Of a DNA stretch of 64,000 nucleotides, positions 50,143-64,000 are shown in pieces (positions within the stretch are counted from its first letter, which is position 1; the number at the start of each line of letters is the position of its first letter). The translations under genes were made by a program, and so were the position numbers. Source of the stretch: Octopus vulgaris (taxonomy: Eukaryota); NCBI GenBank assembly GCA_951406725.2, contig OX597829.1:29326001-29390000 (forward strand), read 5' to 3'. The notes beneath the pieces were generated by a model. It ran no database searches. It was not told the origin of the DNA and worked only from the letters and a program-made list of their open reading frames with translations.

Positions 50143-51682
50143 CTGCAAGGAGAGAAAATAGCAACAATAAGAAAGACAATTTCTTACATAGGTAAAAATC
50201 TACAAATTTATAACAGAAGAATATAATTGATTAAAATAACCTCAATATTAGTCTGGTACTTTGGGGTGAGGCAGGGATTCAAAATGCTGAGTTAAGTTTA
50301 GCGGAATTTGAACCCAGAACACACATTTTTATATTTTAGTTTCTTTAGAGAAGAAACTAAAATATAATTACATACAAATTAATTAAATCTCAGATTAAGA
50401 ATGAGGTAATAAGAATTGTAGAAATGGCCAGTAAAATAAAGGACAGTGGCACCATTTATATTAATAACTGCAATAATGGGAGAATATGAATATTTAACTT
50501 GGTCCCCTGAAATTACTGAATCAAATATGTAAATGTTTCAAAGCAGATAAATCATGCTTGTATATCAGTATTTTACTTTTTTTTCAAAACAGTTTTTGCA
50601 TTTCTGTTATGAAAATTGGAGACTACAAATGAGGAAAAAAAATCCCACTTTACTTGCAACTTATATAATGCTCATATTGTAAAAAGAAATTTTATTTTAC
50701 AATTTACACAAAATATATATATATTTGTAAACTATACTCCAAGTTTATTTAATCTTAATATTTTTACATCAGCTAGGACCAATGCCCATGACCTTTATAG
50801 GCCTACTGAAACCAGGACAGAAAAATTATAACAGTAATGAGTATAGCAGCAGTAAAAAAAGGCAGAAAGAAAAGACAGGATATCTATATTGGCCAGAGAA
50901 TGGAGCATGCCTGTGAGTGATTTTATACTAATTGCTTTTCTGAAGGCTGCCAAGGATATTGATATGTAGCAGCACTTTCAAATGTGGGAGCAGTACCTTC
51001 ATTGAGAATCTCATCTAAATTTTGTAGAGGCTTTATAGCTGTTGGGGGCTGAAATATCTGGATCTAACAAGAAAGACTAGTCCTTGAGATATGTTAAAAG
51101 AGAAATCTTCAATGATAACATTTCAAGCAATCACAAGGGTTCTAATTGCATGCTGCTCATGTTTAAGTGTGTTGAGATGCAATGATATTTATTTGGTACA
51201 TGCACCATTTCCTCTAAACATTGAAAATACACATCACATTATGAGAATGCTGATTGATGTGAGCCTGATATTTCATTCAAGAGGAAGATTTACACTTTAC
51301 CTGTCTAATGTCAAGAAACAAGAGCTAAATACTCATTACTTTGGTGAAATATATATTATCCACATATAGTACTAAGATTTGAACGCCTGTGTGTGTGTGT
51401 ATGCTAGAGAGAGTGAATAATAATTGAACACATCAACTATCCTCTGTTATTACACATTTCTGGATATCTAAATAGAGAATTATTTTAATGTACACTAATG
51501 AGATTATATATTTTGGCAAAAATGAACACAGTACACGGGCAAGGCTGTGTGTTTATGTGTTTGCTCCCACTGACAACCAGTATTGATTTGCTTGATTGCA
51601 GTCCTATGACTGAAATAAGTAAAAGAGCAGTGTAAATAGAAAGTGAAAAATAAGAGAATTTTTGAAACAATAAAATACAAAC

Positions 51683-51827
51683 CTTGACAGAATCCTGCTC
51701 TTCTTCTCCTTCCTCAACAAAATTTGATCCCAATACATTGTACCACTTATTACGCATATTTTGTGCTGCATACAATTGCCAACGGAACAGAGAAATTGGT
51801 TTATAAGTGAGAGTTAGGTTCACAACC
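51683..51827 (-). CDS. CLPTM1: CLPTM1 exon
   Basis: VVNLTLTYKPISLFRWQLYAAQNMRNKWYNVLGSNFVEEGEEEQDSVK; 145 nt. Confidence 0.94.
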
Positions 51828-51870
51828 CTAAGATAATGAGAATGAAGAAATAAAATATTAGCATACAAAA

Positions 51871-52273
51871 TCGTTATATATAAAAGTGAAGTTGTGTGTC
51901 TGTCTCCTACGATTTAGATTTCTAACTACTCCCACATTTTGCGGTGCAGTTTAACCAAAACCGGGTATCTTATAGTCGTGATTCATATCGAGCTCTTCTG
52001 GGTATTAGCGCGCGTCTACGATGAGTCTACGATTTAAAAAAAAAATTTGCGATAATTTTTTTCCATTTTAATGCATTCTTTTCGCTATTACATAAGGGAA
52101 GTAACTCTCTAAAAATGTCTACGATGAATCAACGATTTAAAAAAAAAATTTACCATCATTTTCCCCCCCATTTTTAATGCATTTTTTTTGCTATTTTTTG
52201 GCTATAACTCTCTAAAAATGCTTATACAGTTATTACCCTTACAAACCCGAGCAACGCCGGGCGATACTGCTAG
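51871..52273 (+). mobile_element. Complete non-autonomous Helitron (403 bp)
   Basis: A|TC start, 3' hairpin CCCG-AGCAACGC-CGGG, CTAG|T end, no TSD, CpGs retained. Confidence 0.85.
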
Positions 52274-53143
52274 TAGTTTATAAGAAAAAAAAAAAGTCTT
52301 ACATAAATGTTGAGTACAGGTCTACACATGCTTGGTGGATGAGTGAGAAAGCTACTTTCCCTATTTTCTCATCATGGCAGGAGTTGGACAGTTTGGATAC
52401 AAATCAACAAGCCTGAGGGCAACATTGTGTTCCAATGTCTGCTTTGGAATGGTTTCTATGGCTGGATGCTCTTCCTAACACTTAAAAATATTTGTAACAC
52501 TGGATACGTCGTCACAAATTCTGCGGAATAAGCACAGATCATTGAATCATTCCCATTATTTACCTGATGCTTGTTTCATAGACATTAGTTAGTTTGGAAC
52601 AGACAACACAAAATATTGCAAGATATTTTGCCTGACAACCTTCAACACCACATCCTTTATGAAGTTCAGAGCCCTTTTTTTAAATGCAAAATTAGCACAA
52701 GTCTAAAGTAGTTTGCAGTGAAATAAAGTAGGTTTCCAAGAAGCACCTAAATTACAAGAATGGTGTTAATATTAGACAAAATGCCTTGCGATACTTCTAG
52801 ATCTTTACCACATGAGTTCAAATCCTGCTGAGGTCAACTTAGCTTTTCATCTCAGGTAAGTGTGTATATGGGGCAGAGAAAGAGAGAGAGGTTTGTTTCA
52901 ATAAAGTATAGTACCATCCAGATACTGGGGTCAATTCAAGTGATTTCACTTCACCAAATTACTAGTCTCGTGTCTAAATTATGAATTAATTCTAGCATGG
53001 AAGACTGTCCCAACAATGAAAAGATGCTATATTCATAAAAAATATTTCTAGGTAACAGAGATCTTTTTGAGGAGCTAATATGATATAGTGATGTGCTATG
53101 TAATTTTATTGAAATGACAGAAGATCAATAAATTCATATTTAC

Positions 53144-53246
53144 TTTGTAGAGTAATTAATTGGCACATAATCACTGTTGAGGTTCCAATAGTCATTGAAG
53201 AAGATCACCGGGAAGTACTTGTTGGATCCAAGTTGAAAAACAACAT
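53144..53246 (-). CDS. CLPTM1: CLPTM1 exon
   Basis: (Y)VVFQLGSNKYFPVIFFNDYWNLNSDYVPINYST; 103 nt. Confidence 0.94.
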
Positions 53247-53424
53247 CTGATAATAGTGTAGAAGAAAAAAAATCACAAAAAACAATATATTATTCCATAA
53301 GGAAATCAGTTAAAAATAAAGTGAACATTACAACATTGTTTCAAACAGAAACCCTTTACTGATGAAGAAATTTGATTAAGAAATGTTTGAAATAGGCATA
53401 ATAATTAAAATAAAGACGACTTAC

Positions 53425-53542
53425 ATTCATCCAAGGGTGGAGGAACCTGCCCTTTAACCCAAGGAAAATCATCATCAAGAAGATTAATAGTTAGGTTCGG
53501 ATGCCAGTGAGATATAATTTCAAATGATGAAGAATTTTCTTT
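53425..53542 (-). CDS. CLPTM1: CLPTM1 exon (most 5' exon found)
   Basis: KENSSSFEIISHWHPNLTINLLDDDFPWVKGQVPPPLDE; SHWHPN and YRVDP motifs favour CLPTM1 over CLPTM1L; 118 nt. Confidence 0.94.
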
Positions 53543-55274
53543 CTGTAAAAAAAATACATGAACAATATATAAATATATAATACAAGGATGTATAAACTGA
53601 TAATGTTGCCACTACTGACACCAGTTTCTTAAGTTAGAGAATTAAGTGAGATTGCAAACAATTGATAAGTGTCTTGCTATTTCATTTAACTGAACAATAA
53701 GTTTACTTTATTTGGTTACTACAATTACTCAGTCAGTGGACTATGTCCATGCCAAGGCATCATCTTGAAGGGTATTTGTTTATATTGTGTCCTGTACTTA
53801 TATCCCTTGTGGTATTTTGCATTCTCTACACTCTGGGACCAAATGTCCCTGTGGTTGAATTTGTTTGAGACCTTATGCTAGTAAAATACTGATTGTATTT
53901 ATGTTAGAAATTATCATTATTATATCTGCAGAGGATATGCAAAAGCTTGAAAGAAATAAAACCAGCATACTCTGCTGGGTGGTTAATGTCCGTGAGCATG
54001 AGAAAAATTGGTACAAGAGACATCATATATAGTGTGCAAGACACTGTTAGTATGATCATGAGATGCATATGGACAAGGACAGCAGCATAAAGTGCTGATC
54101 TTTTAATTATGGAGGGAACTTGTGGAAGGGGCAGGTCGAGGAAGACTAGGAACAAAGTGGTGAGAAATGATCTGATGTTAAGCCTCACAGAGATGACAAG
54201 TGACTGAGGCCTCTGATGATTTGCTGAGCTAAAATGAATGTCCATCTATACATACAGGCATGTCCTTTATGACCATGACCCTGCCTCACACACAATGTGT
54301 CCTGTCAAAATACCCCTACAATCCATCTTTCCAACACCCTCATTCTATTACCCAGGATCACCACCCACTGCAGGCCCCTTCACCCTCCCTCAGAAGCCTG
54401 TCTACACATTTTCCATGCCTCCTCCCTGTCACTATTTTCTCTCACTATCACTTGCTACAATCATGTCTTCCTATCTCTATACACATCCCCCTCACACTCT
54501 AATGAAACATCCTCCTTTACCCCCTCCTGTTCTACTTATAACCCCTCCCTTTATACATCTCCAACACCATCTATTTTCTCCTATTCACTGACCTAATGGG
54601 ACAGCCAAGTCTCTCCTCAACTCCAAACCCAGAAGGAAACTTGCAACCTTGATGAATGGCACCCACCACAAAAATACTTTAATAAATTATAAGTAATTAA
54701 ACTGCACTGGTTGTTGATTGGAACCTTAGCTGCAACATAAATAACATTTATGTTAATACTTGTGAATACTCTTGTGAAACAGATCATATTAAATAAATTG
54801 TAGACAATCAAATGTGAGGCTGTAGTGTGATATGTTTAAAATTCATCTCCTTTTCACCCACCAAAAAACTGTTTGGTGCTTAACTCAGCCAGACAGCCTC
54901 AGCAGACCACTAAGAGCAGATGGTCACAGCAGACTATTAAGAACAGACAGCCTGAGGCATTCCAACTTTGGACACTCTAACATGATGTACTATAGCAAGC
55001 CTACTACAAAATACAGCACGGTTTTCTCTTCCCAGTCAGTGGTTATATTATCAGCATTATTCTTGTGTAGATGGCCAACACAGTAAATCACATCCAGCAA
55101 TAATAAATATGTTAAAATTTGAAAGTTCATGAGTTGTTACATGCAGCCAGTTAGACCACATGACAACGGTCTTCAATAATACAAGACACCAACAAGCAAC
55201 CACCACGACAAAGCTGGTTAATCATCCTTCCAACAATCTAATCAATAAGTGCAGTTTCTTTGCATTTAACTTAT

Positions 55275-55535
55275 CATTATCATCATCATCATTTAGCATC
55301 CGTTTTCCATGCTAGCATGGGTTGGGCAGTTCAACTGGGGTTTGTGAAGCTGGAAGGCTTCATCAGGCCCAGTCAGATCTGGCAGTGTTTCTACGGCTGG
55401 ATGCCCTTCCTAACGCCAACCACTCCGTGAGTGTAGTGGGTGCTTTTTACATGCCACCCGCACAGGTGCCAGACAGAGCTGGCAAACAGCCACGAATGGA
55501 TGGTGCTTTTACGTTTCACCGGCACGGGGGCCAGG
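55275..55535 (-). mobile_element. RTE 3'-end fragment
   Basis: Same family as 770-1072. Confidence 0.75.
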
Positions 55536-57297
55536 CATTTAACTTATATTTTAAAAAAAATATTCTTGTGGTAAGTGCCACTTATCAAAGAGTAGGAAGG
55601 TCATAGATTTGGCAGCACTTATGTCATTATTACTAACAATAACTATTACACAGCTACTGTTGAATGAAAAGATAAGGATGGATATGTTTACAAGGTGTCC
55701 AACATGAATATATCTTTTATTTGTTTCAGTCAGACACCACTTACACTTGCCCAAGGTGTCACACTATGGGGCTGAACCCAGGACTATGTGGTTTGGAAGC
55801 AAGCTTCTTATCACATAGCCATATCTGAACCTATATTTATTGTATCACCATCATCATCCAACATCTGTTGTCCATGCTGGCATGGGTTGGACAGTGACCA
55901 GGGCTGGTAAGCTGAAGAGCTGCACCAGACTCCACTCTGGTTAGGCATGGTTTCTATGGCTGGATGCCCTACGATTGTTGATAAGATCCATGAAAATTAA
56001 AAGGTTAAGTATCAAAGAATATTAATAAGGAGTAAAAAAAAAACACATTTAGCTGTAACCATGACCACTTCTGTACATAATTGAGGTTACTGAGGTTGAT
56101 GTTTAGCTTCAATTTCTTTACATCAAATACAAGAGCGAGAATATTTCCAGTAATTTGCAGCAGTTTTGGAGAAAATGGAAATATACCAATCGTAGGAGAA
56201 AGTGAAACTGCAAATGGGTAATGAGAACTGGTGTGGGTGGTATGCTTGGAGTGGAACTAGTATGTTCTCAAGCCCTTATCGACAGTAATACTATATCACA
56301 TTACCACCATATAATACATGTTAAGTTTAGAATTAAATAACAAATAAATATATTACTGAAACTACAATAATAAGAATTTATTGGAAGGAAAAAAAAAAAA
56401 AAAAATGGCAAGCTTTAGATCAATCGAGCTGGCAGAATTGTGAGCACATAGCAGCATTTTCTCCTACCAAAATTTGAAACCAATTAAGGTGAAAATTTAC
56501 CTTTACATAATAAATAGGTCACTGTAACATATTTTCGAATATGCACAGTAAATATATTTTATATTGGTATTCTTTTATTTGTTTCAGCCATGCTGGAACA
56601 CCACCTTTAGTTGAACAAATCGACCCCAGGACATTCTTTGTAAGCCTAGTACTTATTCTATTGGTCTCTTTGGCCTAACCGCTAAGTTATGGGGACGTGA
56701 ACACACTAACATCGGTTGTCAAGTGATGGTGGTGGTGGTGGGAACAAATACAGACACACACATATACGATGGGCTTCTTTCAGTTTCTGTCTATCAGATC
56801 CACTCACATGGCTTTGGTCAGCCTGAAACTATAGTAAAAGACACTTGGTCCTTGTGTGATTCTAACTCAAATTGTAAAAGGCTTGAAACTCAATAGTACA
56901 AAACATTTAACCTGGTTGTATACTGGACCAAAGACCACTAGACAATTTCCTTTGTTTCAAGAGAATAATTTTTGAAAAGAGGATTAAATTATTTTATTCC
57001 ACAGAACCTAGAGCAGTGGAAGACCATATGTGGAGGCATTGGAACTGAGAACAGTAATTATATTTCTTTGTAAAGTTTCATTGTTTTCTTCTTTTTTTTT
57101 TTGCAATAGTGTGGTTTATTCCAAATTGCACAACCTAATAGGTAACATTATGTAAATTCATTGCATTACAGAGTGAAGGGGAGATAGGAATGCAATCACA
57201 CAGCAATAAGTTTAGTGTTTTTCTTTTACTATTAGTCAGTTAGTGGATTGTGCAGGGAGCATTGTCTTCAAGAGTATTTGATTATATATTGTATTTG

Positions 57298-57786
57298 CGT
57301 ATGGATGAGGATAGCTGTGTGAAAGAGTGTCACACCTTAACAGTGGAGGGAACCTGTGGAAGAGGTAGACCCAGAAAGACATGGGATAAGGTGGTGAAGC
57401 ATGATCATCGAACATTGCGCCTCACAGAGGCAATGACAAACGACCAACACCTTTGGAGATATGCTGTGCTTGAGAAGACCCGGCAAGCCAAGTGGAATTG
57501 TAGCTGTGGCCAATGCCAGTGTCGCATAACTAGCCTGTTTAAAAGTACCCTCCAGTTGTTGGACAATATGCTGTGCATGAGAAAACCAGTTGAGTCAAGT
57601 GAAATCGTAGTCGTGACTGATGCCAGTGCTGCCTGACTGGCACCTGTGCCGGTGACATGTAGAAAGCTGGTGTTAGGAAGAGCATCCAGCTGTAGAAACC
57701 TTGCCTGATCAGATTGGAGCCTGGAGCAGCCTCAACTGTTCAACCTATACCAGCATGGAAAGCAGATGTTATACGATGATGATGAT
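57298..57786 (+). mobile_element. RTE 3' fragment (ORF end, UTR, (GAT)n)
   Basis: RMDEDSCVKECHTLTVEGTCGRGRPRKTW matches 27256-27450. Confidence 0.8.
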
Positions 57787-59109
57787 ATTGTGTCTATAAT
57801 TAATTTTACTGGCCTGGAAGGATGAAAGAAAACTGAATTCGTTTGAGATTTGAAAACAGAATTACAAGAACATACACTCTACTGATTCTGCCATTTGTTC
57901 ACCAAGCTTGCTAATATAAATATGTGACAACTACAGAATGAATGAGCATACAATGGAAGAATTAGCAACACTGCAATTAAGAATAAAGTTGACCAAAGCT
58001 ATAGTGCAGTCTTGCTTGCTACAAGAATCTTATTCTATGGAGGCAAACTGTATAATGTCATAACATTGGTTTTTTTTATGGATGAAGAGTGACTTTACAA
58101 AGAACAAGTAGGAATTTTACTAGGAATACATTTCAAAAGTTTACCACATATTCTATAAGCAGTAAACAGCATAGCCAGAGTGTGTGCTGCCCCTGAATCC
58201 CACAAGAATCACATATTGCCTACAGCAATAGCCTACAACAGGATGAAAGTGCCTCCTGAGATGGACCGCCCCACCTCCCAGCTACGCTAGTGCCTATAAG
58301 ACAAAGGTTACACGTTTTCATGTCAATTTAAACTCCAAAGGAAAGTTATCTAAGCTAAATTCACCATGAAAATTGTAAGTTTAGTTTAGATAGTAGAACT
58401 ATAAGCGATCAAAGGATTTAGATATATATATAGCTAACACATGGCAAAACATTTTGGTAAAGAATGCTGGAAGCACTTCAACTTTGTTTATACCCCCTCC
58501 CTCCCTCAATAAGTTTTCAAAGCAAAATAAGACAGCATGTTCATGTTTTGAATGTCATTGATGCCTGGAAATGTGCACATGTAATTCTTGGGCCAATTTA
58601 GTATGAAACAATATGTGACAAGGCTGGCTTATTGCAACAGGCCAACTCATTTCCCTTTACAAGGCTTGCGTCATATCTGATGCTATGGTAAAAAGATACT
58701 CATAATGCCAGGCAGTGGGATTGAACCCAGGGTCTTCTGACACGAAGCAATCACCTTAACATCATTTTGGCATGCCTGCATCTATACAATCACATAAACA
58801 TGCACACAAAGTAATTCAAGATTACCTTTAGCATTTTTATACTTAAAATTGTTACTACTACTACTACTACACTACTTCTTTCAGTCACTGATCTGCATTC
58901 ATGCTGAAGCACTGCCTTGAAAGGTTTTAGTCAAACAAATTGTCCCCTTTGAAATACCACATTCACTCACAAAGCAAATGCAGGCCTAGAATTATAGAAG
59001 ACACACGTCCAAGCATCATTCAGTAGGAATATAATCCCAAATCACATGGTTGTAAAAAGAGCTTCTTAACCACACAGCCATGCCTGTAACTACACACATA
59101 TAATTTAAT

Positions 59110-60150
59110 ATGTTTTCTCTGGCTGGATGCTCTCCCTGGGTCTCCCCTTCTATAGGTTCCATCCACATTTAGCGATTAGCACTTCTTTATGCAGTTGTCC
59201 TCATCACATGACTATACCAGTGCAGTTTTCTCTCTTGCACACATTTGATGTTTCTTATGCTCAATTTTTCTTTCAATATATTTGCCCTTTGTAGCACAAG
59301 TACAATGATGTTTCACATCCACGAGCCTTCACATGCCCTCTGCATTTGTAGCCCATGCTTCAGTACCAGGTAGCATTGCTGTTCATACACAGGCATCATA
59401 CAATCAGCCTATCATTCTGAGAGAAAGGCCCTTTATTACCAAGAGGTAACAGCTCCTGAACTTTATCCAGCCAGTTCTAACTTGTTCACTATAATTTTAG
59501 AGTAATCATCTCCCCTGCTAATTACATCTAGGTAACAAGCTACTTACTACCGTTAGTAAACCAATTGGGCATTTAGAGAATCTATTTCTGGTGTGCTCAT
59601 AGTATGTATTGCTTAAATGCATTTATTACACATGAAGAATACTTTCACAGTTAGTCTGCCTTACTCCTTTTCTGCATAACAAACAAGACCATTTCTCTAA
59701 AAGTATCAGGATCCTGTTTTCTTTCTTACTTACTAAAACCTTAAAGGAGCACTGAGTTGGTTATGATGACAAGGGTCCCAGCTGATACGATCAATGGAAC
59801 AGCTTGCTTGTGAAATTAATGTGCAAGTGACTGAGCAATCCACAGAGTGTGACAAGGCTAGCCCTTTAAAATACAGGCACAACTCATTTTTGCCAGCTGA
59901 GTGGACTGGAGCAACATGAAAATAAAGTGTCTTGCTCAAGGACACAACGCGTCACCAGGAATTAAACTCACGACCTTACAATTGCGAGCCGAATGCCCTA
60001 ACCACTAAGCCACGTGCCTTTACACTAAAACCTTAGTCTTTGCTAAATTAACCTTAAAATTTCTTGATTCTAGGTTTAGCTTCCATACTCAGAATTTCTG
60101 AATTCCACTAGAGATTTAGCTATGAAAACTAAATCAGCAGTATGCCAGGG
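59110..60150 (-). mobile_element. Old decayed RTE fragment interrupted by a SINE
   Basis: Degenerate similarity to 28500-29300 (TATGATGCCTGTGTATGAACAGCAATGCTAC; GTTAATTTAGCAAAGACTAAGGTTTTAG). Confidence 0.6.
59744..60023 (-). mobile_element. tRNA-derived CORE-like SINE (third family) with 12-bp TSD
   Basis: TSD ACTAAAACCTTA (59732-59743, 60024-60035); A-box TGGCTTAGTGG, B-box GAGTTTAATTCC, GTGTCCTTGAGCAAGACACTT. Confidence 0.85.
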
Positions 60151-61529
60151 ATCTCACATCTACCCTACAATGTTATTCTGAAAATATACTATCATATCAA
60201 TGAAATCTCAAAGCTACAAGATAATGTATGATAAATTCACAATGATGTGAATAAATAAGCATTACATTTAATAGAGTAATCTCAATGCTTAAGGGTTAAA
60301 GTCTTCCGTGCTGGCCTATAAGATAATAAATAAGAGGGAAGTGAGCTTTGATGGACTCCTATCTTTACACTAAGTTCATACCTATTGTATTTTTGTATAG
60401 CTTGTAAAACCTTCATTAGCCATTTGTCTACACCTAATTTCTTTAGAAACAACCAAATTCATGGGCATGGTTCTCTATCAAATGACTTCTCCAAGCCAAT
60501 GAATGCCAGGAATAGTTACTTACTTTTAGCAAAGTATTTTTCCTTCATGTTGTCTTATTACGAAGAGTGGTACCTTTTCAAGAGATATGGCATCTCAACT
60601 ATGTTTTGTGTCATGGACCAATTGTGCTACGACACTCTCCATAACCTTTGATAACCTCCTCTAAAGTTTTCTGTTTATAAGGCATTTCCTTTGCCTTTGT
60701 AGCAGTTTATGATGGCACCACTACACCAGTCACCTCCTTACATAACTTGATCAATTATCCACGCTGTAATCATGCAACCTATCTCAAGAGACATTTTGAG
60801 CATTTTTGCAACTATCATTGATAGACCTGCAGCTTTCTCTTTTTTTATGCCCTTGTCTGCTTTACCTACTCTGCTGGTGTCACCTTGAACTGTCGATCAC
60901 TTTGAGGTCAGCATGCAGTACCCACTCTTTAGATAATGTATTCTTTATGTTCAACAGCATCTCATGAATGTGCTTCCATGCCATTTTCTTGTCTTTCATA
61001 CTTATGGTGAACATGCCTTCATTGTTCCAAATACATTTCTTATTAATGATATCTTGCTCTCTCCCAAATACTGTCTCATAATATGGAACGCTTCAAAATT
61101 TTGATGCTAATGTAGCAGCATAAAAGATGCATAAGTATATTAAATGTATCCCAATATCGGCAGTGCATAGTCAGAAATAAAATGTCTTTTAAGTGCATGC
61201 ACTCTAGGACCAACTTTGCATATAGGACCCAAGACAAGGCTGTGAAGCCACGAATTTCACCACCCATCCACCGATGTGGATTTGGGTTGAGCACATTGTG
61301 TGATACCACAAGCAAGTGTCTCTTACAATAGCCCTGGGCCAATGCAAAGCTTGTTAATGGATTTGTTAGATGGAAACAGGCAAGGCTGCATATGGCATCT
61401 TGAAGAAAGTGTTTTCCACAATAGCTCTGAGGTCAACCGAAGTGTTCTAAGATTTTGTAAATGGAAACTGAAAACCACATTTATATACTTTATTTATACC
61501 TATTATCTGTGTTTGTGTGTACATTATAT

Positions 61530-62527
61530 ATATAGGTAGTATTTCAGATCAGGACACCCACATAAGTTGGATTCTGTTTTGACAAGGTGTTTTCCAATTT
61601 CTATCACAGCCTTCAAAATGATTGGGGGATGGGGGAAGAGGAGAAACATTCTATGAAAGAAAATTTCGAAAAATTTATGATTTCTTTTTCAACTCCTCCC
61701 CCCCCATCACAACCCACATTTGGGCCAATTTTTTTTTGCATTATGTACTTAAAAACCACATGAAAAGTCTTTTTGGTAGGGGGAAAAAAAATTATTTGCA
61801 GATGAAAAGGTGTGTGATTTAAGGGAGATCTGGCAGTTGTTTCTAGCATGTCCCACAGCCACCTTCCTCATTTTTTTCTTACTGTCACATGTATTGATGT
61901 CTTAATATTTTTCTCCCCATGAACACATTTATGCTATTACAAATTTTTATTGAAAATAAATGATTTTTTTAATCTCCACCCCAATTGTTTCTGTTTATAA
62001 TTTAAAACTATCAGAGAACCTGTGAAGTTCATTGCTGGGATTTACCCACAGTGATTTTTAAAATGTAAAAGATAATTTATTTTATTAGCATATTTTTCTG
62101 TTAATAAATACGTTTTTTTTTAACACAAACATGGCCTTGCTTGGTTTGGTGGTGGGAGGGAGTGTGTATGTGTGTGTGTGTTAAAAAACTGAACTTATAA
62201 ATTTTTTTGTTGTTTTTTAAATCCCAGCAATGGATCACTCTTGTTACTTCTGCATCCTTATTCCCTAAAATGTGTTTATGGGGAGAAAAATATTGAAAAA
62301 CACCAATACATGTCAGAGTGACAAAGAAACAAGGAAGGTGGTCATGGGATGTGCTAGAAACAACAGTCAAATCCCTCATAAATCATACCTTTCCATCTGA
62401 AAATATTTTACAATTTTCTTTTTGTTTTTATTACTGAAAAGGCTTTAAAAAAAGAGAAAAAAAAAATTCCTGTCAAAACAGAAAATCCAACTTATATGAT
62501 CATCCTGGTCTGAAATTCCACTTATAT
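61530..62527. mobile_element. ~1-kb foldback element with long imperfect inverted arms
   Basis: Three nested inverted blocks: ~61530-61590/62470-62527, ~61795-61930/62267-62405, ~62010-62045/62217-62250. Confidence 0.75.
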
Positions 62528-64000
62528 GTACATACACACATGCATACATCTACTTATCTATATATCACCATAATTTAGTATACATTGTCCATGCTGGAAA
62601 AGGTTGGACAGTTTGACCAGGGCTGGTAAACTGAAGGGCTGCACCAGACCCTAGCTTGATTTGGCATGGTTTCTATGGCTGGATGCCCTTCCTAATACCA
62701 ACCACCCAAGAGTGTAATGGGTGCTTTTATGTGCAGACTATCTATCTCTTTATAAATATATAGACACATATAATAAATACATACATATACATTTGTATCA
62801 TCATCATTTAACAGCCACTTTCCATGCTGGCATGGGTTAGACAGTTTGACAGGATCCAGTGTTTTCTATAGTTGGATGCTCTTCCTAACGCTAATCATTT
62901 TACACAGGTATGTGTTTTTTTTTTTTTTAATATTTTTGTGCCAGTGGCACTAGTGAGATTGCCAGGTAATTGCAAGACAGAAGAGCAGAGAGGAAAAGGG
63001 AAAAGCACCCACTACTAAATGGAGAGTATTAGAGATGGCTTTATGCTGGATGTTGGAAGGTTTAAGTAAGATAAAAACACAAACACAGGTGTCTAGTTAT
63101 AAAAAGGAGACATGGTCAAACCCTATCATATATTAGAGGTGAGTGGGTGCAGTTGAGAAAAGAAATAAGGAAGGTAGTGATTGAGTGCCAGAGTAAGCTC
63201 TCAAGATACAAGAAGGTGAGTATAAGAGAGGATGTGGACAGTGGATCACGTGAGAGGAGGGAAGAGTGGATGCTTTCATAGAATGTAAGTGTGGAGGAGT
63301 GGATGGTGAGAAATGGAGGTGGAGGTGAATGTTGTGAGTGACGAATAAGGGTGGAAGTGCAGTTGAGTGAAGTACCAGAATAGAGAGATGTAAGGCGAGA
63401 GATATAGGAGTGGCTCAAGGAAACGGATAAGTCAGAGAGTAGCAGAATGATGTGCATGGTATAGGAGTGGTGGAGAGGGAGATATAGAGGTATATAAGGG
63501 AGCTGTATAAAATGGGACAGGATGGTAGATATAAGCAATGTTAAGAATGGAGTATAGTAGAAGGGAGGAGATGTAATATGTGCCAATTCAGCTCTTAGGC
63601 TATTGCAGCAGCTGAGAAGTATCATAGACAGAGTAGAGGTAGATGTTAGAAGAGGAGAACAGGAGGAAATGCTTGATGGAACAGAGAGTATGTTGCAGTC
63701 CTTGTATCCATCTGATCCTGTCAAACTGTCCAACCCATGCCAGCATGGGATGTTGATGATGGTGGTGGTGGTGTGTGTGTGTGTGTGCGCATGCATATAG
63801 AATGAGCTTTTTTATTCAATGGAAGTATAATTGCAATTCTAGCAAATATACATTCAGAACATCATCCACCACAGCTAATTTAGTTACCTAGGTTAAAAAA
63901 AAAAAACTATGTACAATCTTGAGGGAGCCTCCTGGGCATTATATTTGGCTTAGGATGAAGCAGAGAGGAAGAAATTTTCATGCATCTTGCAACATGAGGA

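Noticed and set aside
53550-64000. Upstream CLPTM1 exons and the 226-aa ORF at 63116-63796
   Set aside because: No CLPTM1-like exon recognised, so they are probably beyond the window; the ORF is a low-complexity S/L/H/P reading of a purine-rich decayed repeat

Overview
AT-rich eukaryotic (animal) DNA, dense in microsatellites and retroposons; the repeat content is most consistent with a coleoid cephalopod such as Octopus (inference, not verifiable here). One host gene is supported: the last 9 coding exons of a CLPTM1 orthologue on the minus strand (53542 to 37360; 1251 nt, 416 aa, GT-AG introns, phases consistent). Its 5' exons were not found in the window. The rest is transposon-derived: a full-length Tx1/L1-clade LINE (16087-21331, 12-bp TSD, one frameshift) nested in a non-autonomous Helitron, a Penelope-like element with an inverted 3' end, RTE LINE copies, tRNA-derived SINEs, hAT/mariner MITEs and foldbacks. 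Most notable: (1) four loci with type I hammerhead ribozyme motifs next to (TA)n tracts, two of them in perfect palindromes and one in sense orientation in a CLPTM1 intron; (2) a 1.4-kb Transib/RAG1-like DNA transposon relic with CACATTG termini, a 5-bp TSD and a CxxCxxxGH C-terminal remnant; (3) a 3' tail shared between the Tx1 LINE and a Nin/Deu-domain SINE family, suggesting a LINE-SINE partnership; (4) a stray copy of a CLPTM1 exon in the gene's last intron. Most ORFs in the supplied track are microsatellite or repeat artefacts. All calls were made by eye, and repeat boundaries are approximate unless a TSD or TIR is quoted.
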